Assembly (NCBI GenBank): GCA_017880805.1
Contig: JADGRP010000260.1
Coordinates: 588-64,587, forward strand
DNA length: 64,000 nt
Origin: Burkholderiales bacterium
Lineage (GTDB): Bacteria; Pseudomonadota; Gammaproteobacteria; Burkholderiales; Casimicrobiaceae
Reading direction: 5' to 3'
Positions 62,542 through 64,000 of this stretch are shown here, piece after piece. Numbering within the stretch: the first letter of the stretch is position 1; every line of letters starts with the position of its first letter. The position numbers and the translations under genes are program-made. The notes below the pieces were generated by a model. It did not search any database. It had not been told where the DNA came from and worked only from the letters and a program-made list of their open reading frames with translations.

Positions 62542-64000
62542 GCGAAACCACCCTCGAGAAGACCGCCACGCCCGCTCCCGGCAAAGTGCGCCGCCTTGGC
62601 GATAGGAAGAGTGCAACGGCGCTGACGCAGCACGTCATCGAAATAATCAGCGATTCCGGCGAAGGCGCGCAACGGTGCGGTCAGGCGCTGGGCGCCATTG
62701 CCGCAAGAATGGGCAACGGCGTGTGGACCGACGAGATCATTCCGGCCGAAATCCGGCCGCCGGCGCGCAGCGTTGCCGGCGCGAGCGGCAACCGCATCCG
62801 TCTCGGCTCGCGCCAAGTCACGAACGGCGGCGACGAGACGGACTTCGTCGTCGCTTTCAACGAGCAGGTCTTGCTCGGCCGCGTCCGTGCCGGCGAATTG
62901 AAGCCGGGCTGCATCATCCTCCTGGAAAGCATGTGGCGCGACGATGCCGACCCGAAGATCGCCGAGTCTTATGCGGAGACCTACGCCCGCCTTGTCGCGG
63001 AGGGCTACAAGGTGCACGAGGTGCCGATGGAGCGTGAGTGCCGCGCCCTCGTCTCTGACGCGCGCCGTGGCAAGAACATGTTCGCGCTGGGCATGATCTG
63101 CAACATCTACAGCCTCGATCTGCCGCTCGCGCGCGAGCAGATTGCGCTTACGTTCGGGAAGAAGGCTGCGAGCGTGATCAAGACCAACGTGATGCTGCTC
63201 GAGGCCGGTTACCATTGGGCGGATGTGAATCTGGACTTCAGGTTCCGCATTCCGGCGGTGCGTGCGAGCGAGCCGCAGATTGTCGTCAACGGCAACACCG
63301 CGCTGGCACTCGGCATCCTCGCATCGGGAATGGAAATCTGCGCGATGTACCCGATCACTCCGGCCACTTCGGCATCGCATTACCTCTCCGACGTGTTCGA
63401 GAAGGTCGGTGGTGTCGTGCATCAGGCGGAGGACGAGATCGCGGCGTGCGCTTTCGCCATCGGCGCCTCGTACGCCGGCAAGTGCGCGGTCACCATCACG
63501 TCCGGTCCAGGCTACTCGCTCAAACAGGAAGCGATCGGGCTCGCGACCATGGCGGAGATCCCGCTGGTCGTCGTCAACGTGCAACGTGGCGGCCCGAGCA
63601 CGGGCCAGCCGACGAAAGCAGAGCAGGGAGATCTCTTGGCCGCCATGTTCGGCAGCCACGGCGATGCACCGAAGGTAGTGATGGCTGCCAGTACGATCGA
63701 GGATTGCTTCTACTCGATCATTACCGCGCGCAAGATCGCAGAGATGTTCAACATGGTGGTGGTTGTGCTCTCCGACGCGAGCCTCGCCGCGTCGCAAACA
63801 CCCTTCACGCGCCCGCGGTTCAGCGAAGCGTGGGTCGCGCCGCCAGTGGACCAGAGCCCGGTTCCGCCGGGAGCGAAACCTTACGACTGGGATCCGGTGA
63901 CCGGCCTCGCCCGCCGCTTCATTCCGGGCCAGCCCAACGGCATGCACACCGTCACCGGTCTCGCGCACGATCGCTTGAGCCACGTCGCTTACGACGCGGA
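62538..64000 (+). CDS. Second 2-oxoacid:ferredoxin oxidoreductase alpha subunit (KorA-type fused gamma-alpha), 5' partial (continues beyond window end)
   Basis: Absent from the track because no stop falls in the window. My translation from the ATG at 62538 (ATGA overlap with the nfnB-like stop): MSETTLEK...IISDSGEGAQRCGQALG..AEIRPPARSVAGASGNRIRLG (gamma domain), then MYPITPATSASHYL, TSGPGYSLKQE, RGGPSTGQPTKAEQGDL. Confidence 0.8.
   Translation, partial: MSETTLEKTATPAPGKVRRLGDRKSATALTQHVIEIISDSGEGAQRCGQALGAIAARMGNGVWTDEIIPAEIRPPARSVAGASGNRIRLGSRQVTNGGDETDFVVAFNEQVLLGRVRAGELKPGCIILLESMWRDDADPKIAESYAETYARLVAEGYKVHEVPMERECRALVSDARRGKNMFALGMICNIYSLDLPLAREQIALTFGKKAASVIKTNVMLLEAGYHWADVNLDFRFRIPAVRASEPQIVVNGNTALALGILASGMEICAMYPITPATSASHYLSDVFEKVGGVVHQAEDEIAACAFAIGASYAGKCAVTITSGPGYSLKQEAIGLATMAEIPLVVVNVQRGGPSTGQPTKAEQGDLLAAMFGSHGDAPKVVMAASTIEDCFYSIITARKIAEMFNMVVVVLSDASLAASQTPFTRPRFSEAWVAPPVDQSPVPPGAKPYDWDPVTGLARRFIPGQPNGMHTVTGLAHDRLSHVAYDA

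Noticed and set aside
1-64000. Whole window as a plasmid, ICE or genomic island
   Set aside because: I saw no integrase, conjugation, replication or partition genes, and no flanking tRNA. The only mobility traces are a small IS630-like fragment and REP-like repeats, so a mobile-element call cannot be supported.
1-64000. tRNA, rRNA, riboswitch or CRISPR features
   Set aside because: Inspecting all intergenic gaps by eye revealed no cloverleaf-compatible segments, rRNA-like stretches or known riboswitch cores. This is a manual scan only; tRNAscan and Infernal would be needed for a definitive answer.

Overview
High-GC (about two-thirds G+C by eye) proteobacterial chromosomal segment dominated by an anaerobic aromatic-compound catabolic supercluster with Thauera/Aromatoleum-like gene order. 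From left to right: (1) a partial P-type ATPase; (2) a roughly 3 kb lower-GC patch with an outer-membrane beta-barrel, a cupredoxin, a UspA-family protein and an IS630-like transposase remnant; (3) two 'enzyme + CBS-pair' duplets, pfkA-CBS and ppsA-CBS; (4) korAB (2-oxoglutarate:ferredoxin oxidoreductase), a rubrerythrin-like gene and ridA, divergent from the benzoyl-CoA operon had-oah-dch-bcrCBAD-fdx; (5) about 27 kb of co-directional minus-strand genes. Read in their transcription direction these are a Liv-type ABC importer, a hot-dog thioesterase, padBCD-like phenylacetyl-CoA:acceptor oxidoreductase, a PaaK-type ligase, hcrCAB (4-hydroxybenzoyl-CoA reductase), a rubrerythrin::aryl-CoA-ligase fusion, a solute-binding protein, a REP-like array, an orphan ABC ATPase, a hydratase-SDR-hydratase-acyl-CoA-dehydrogenase module, and a six-gene block of poorly characterised proteins (DUF2249, polytopic membrane protein, hemerythrin, tandem GNAT, DUF59, second membrane protein). 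(6) The right end holds a BadL-like GNAT with a Cys-less Rrf2 (BadM-like) regulator, an SDR, a truncated gcdH remnant, the benzoate-CoA ligase operon with a second complete Liv-type ABC importer and a hydrolase, and nfnAB-like genes translationally coupled to a second, partial korA. I saw no rRNA, tRNA or CRISPR. Recurrent non-coding signals are three perfect and four near-perfect TTGAT-N4-ATCAA (Fnr/Dnr-family) boxes in front of operons, AT-rich palindromic operators, and a composite REP-like repeat present in inverted copies at 22.0 kb and 31.4 kb. Many long ORFs in the track are antisense or out-of-frame artefacts of the high GC content, and several ORF starts were trimmed to SD-preceded internal starts. 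All family assignments come from motif reading and synteny, not from database searches.
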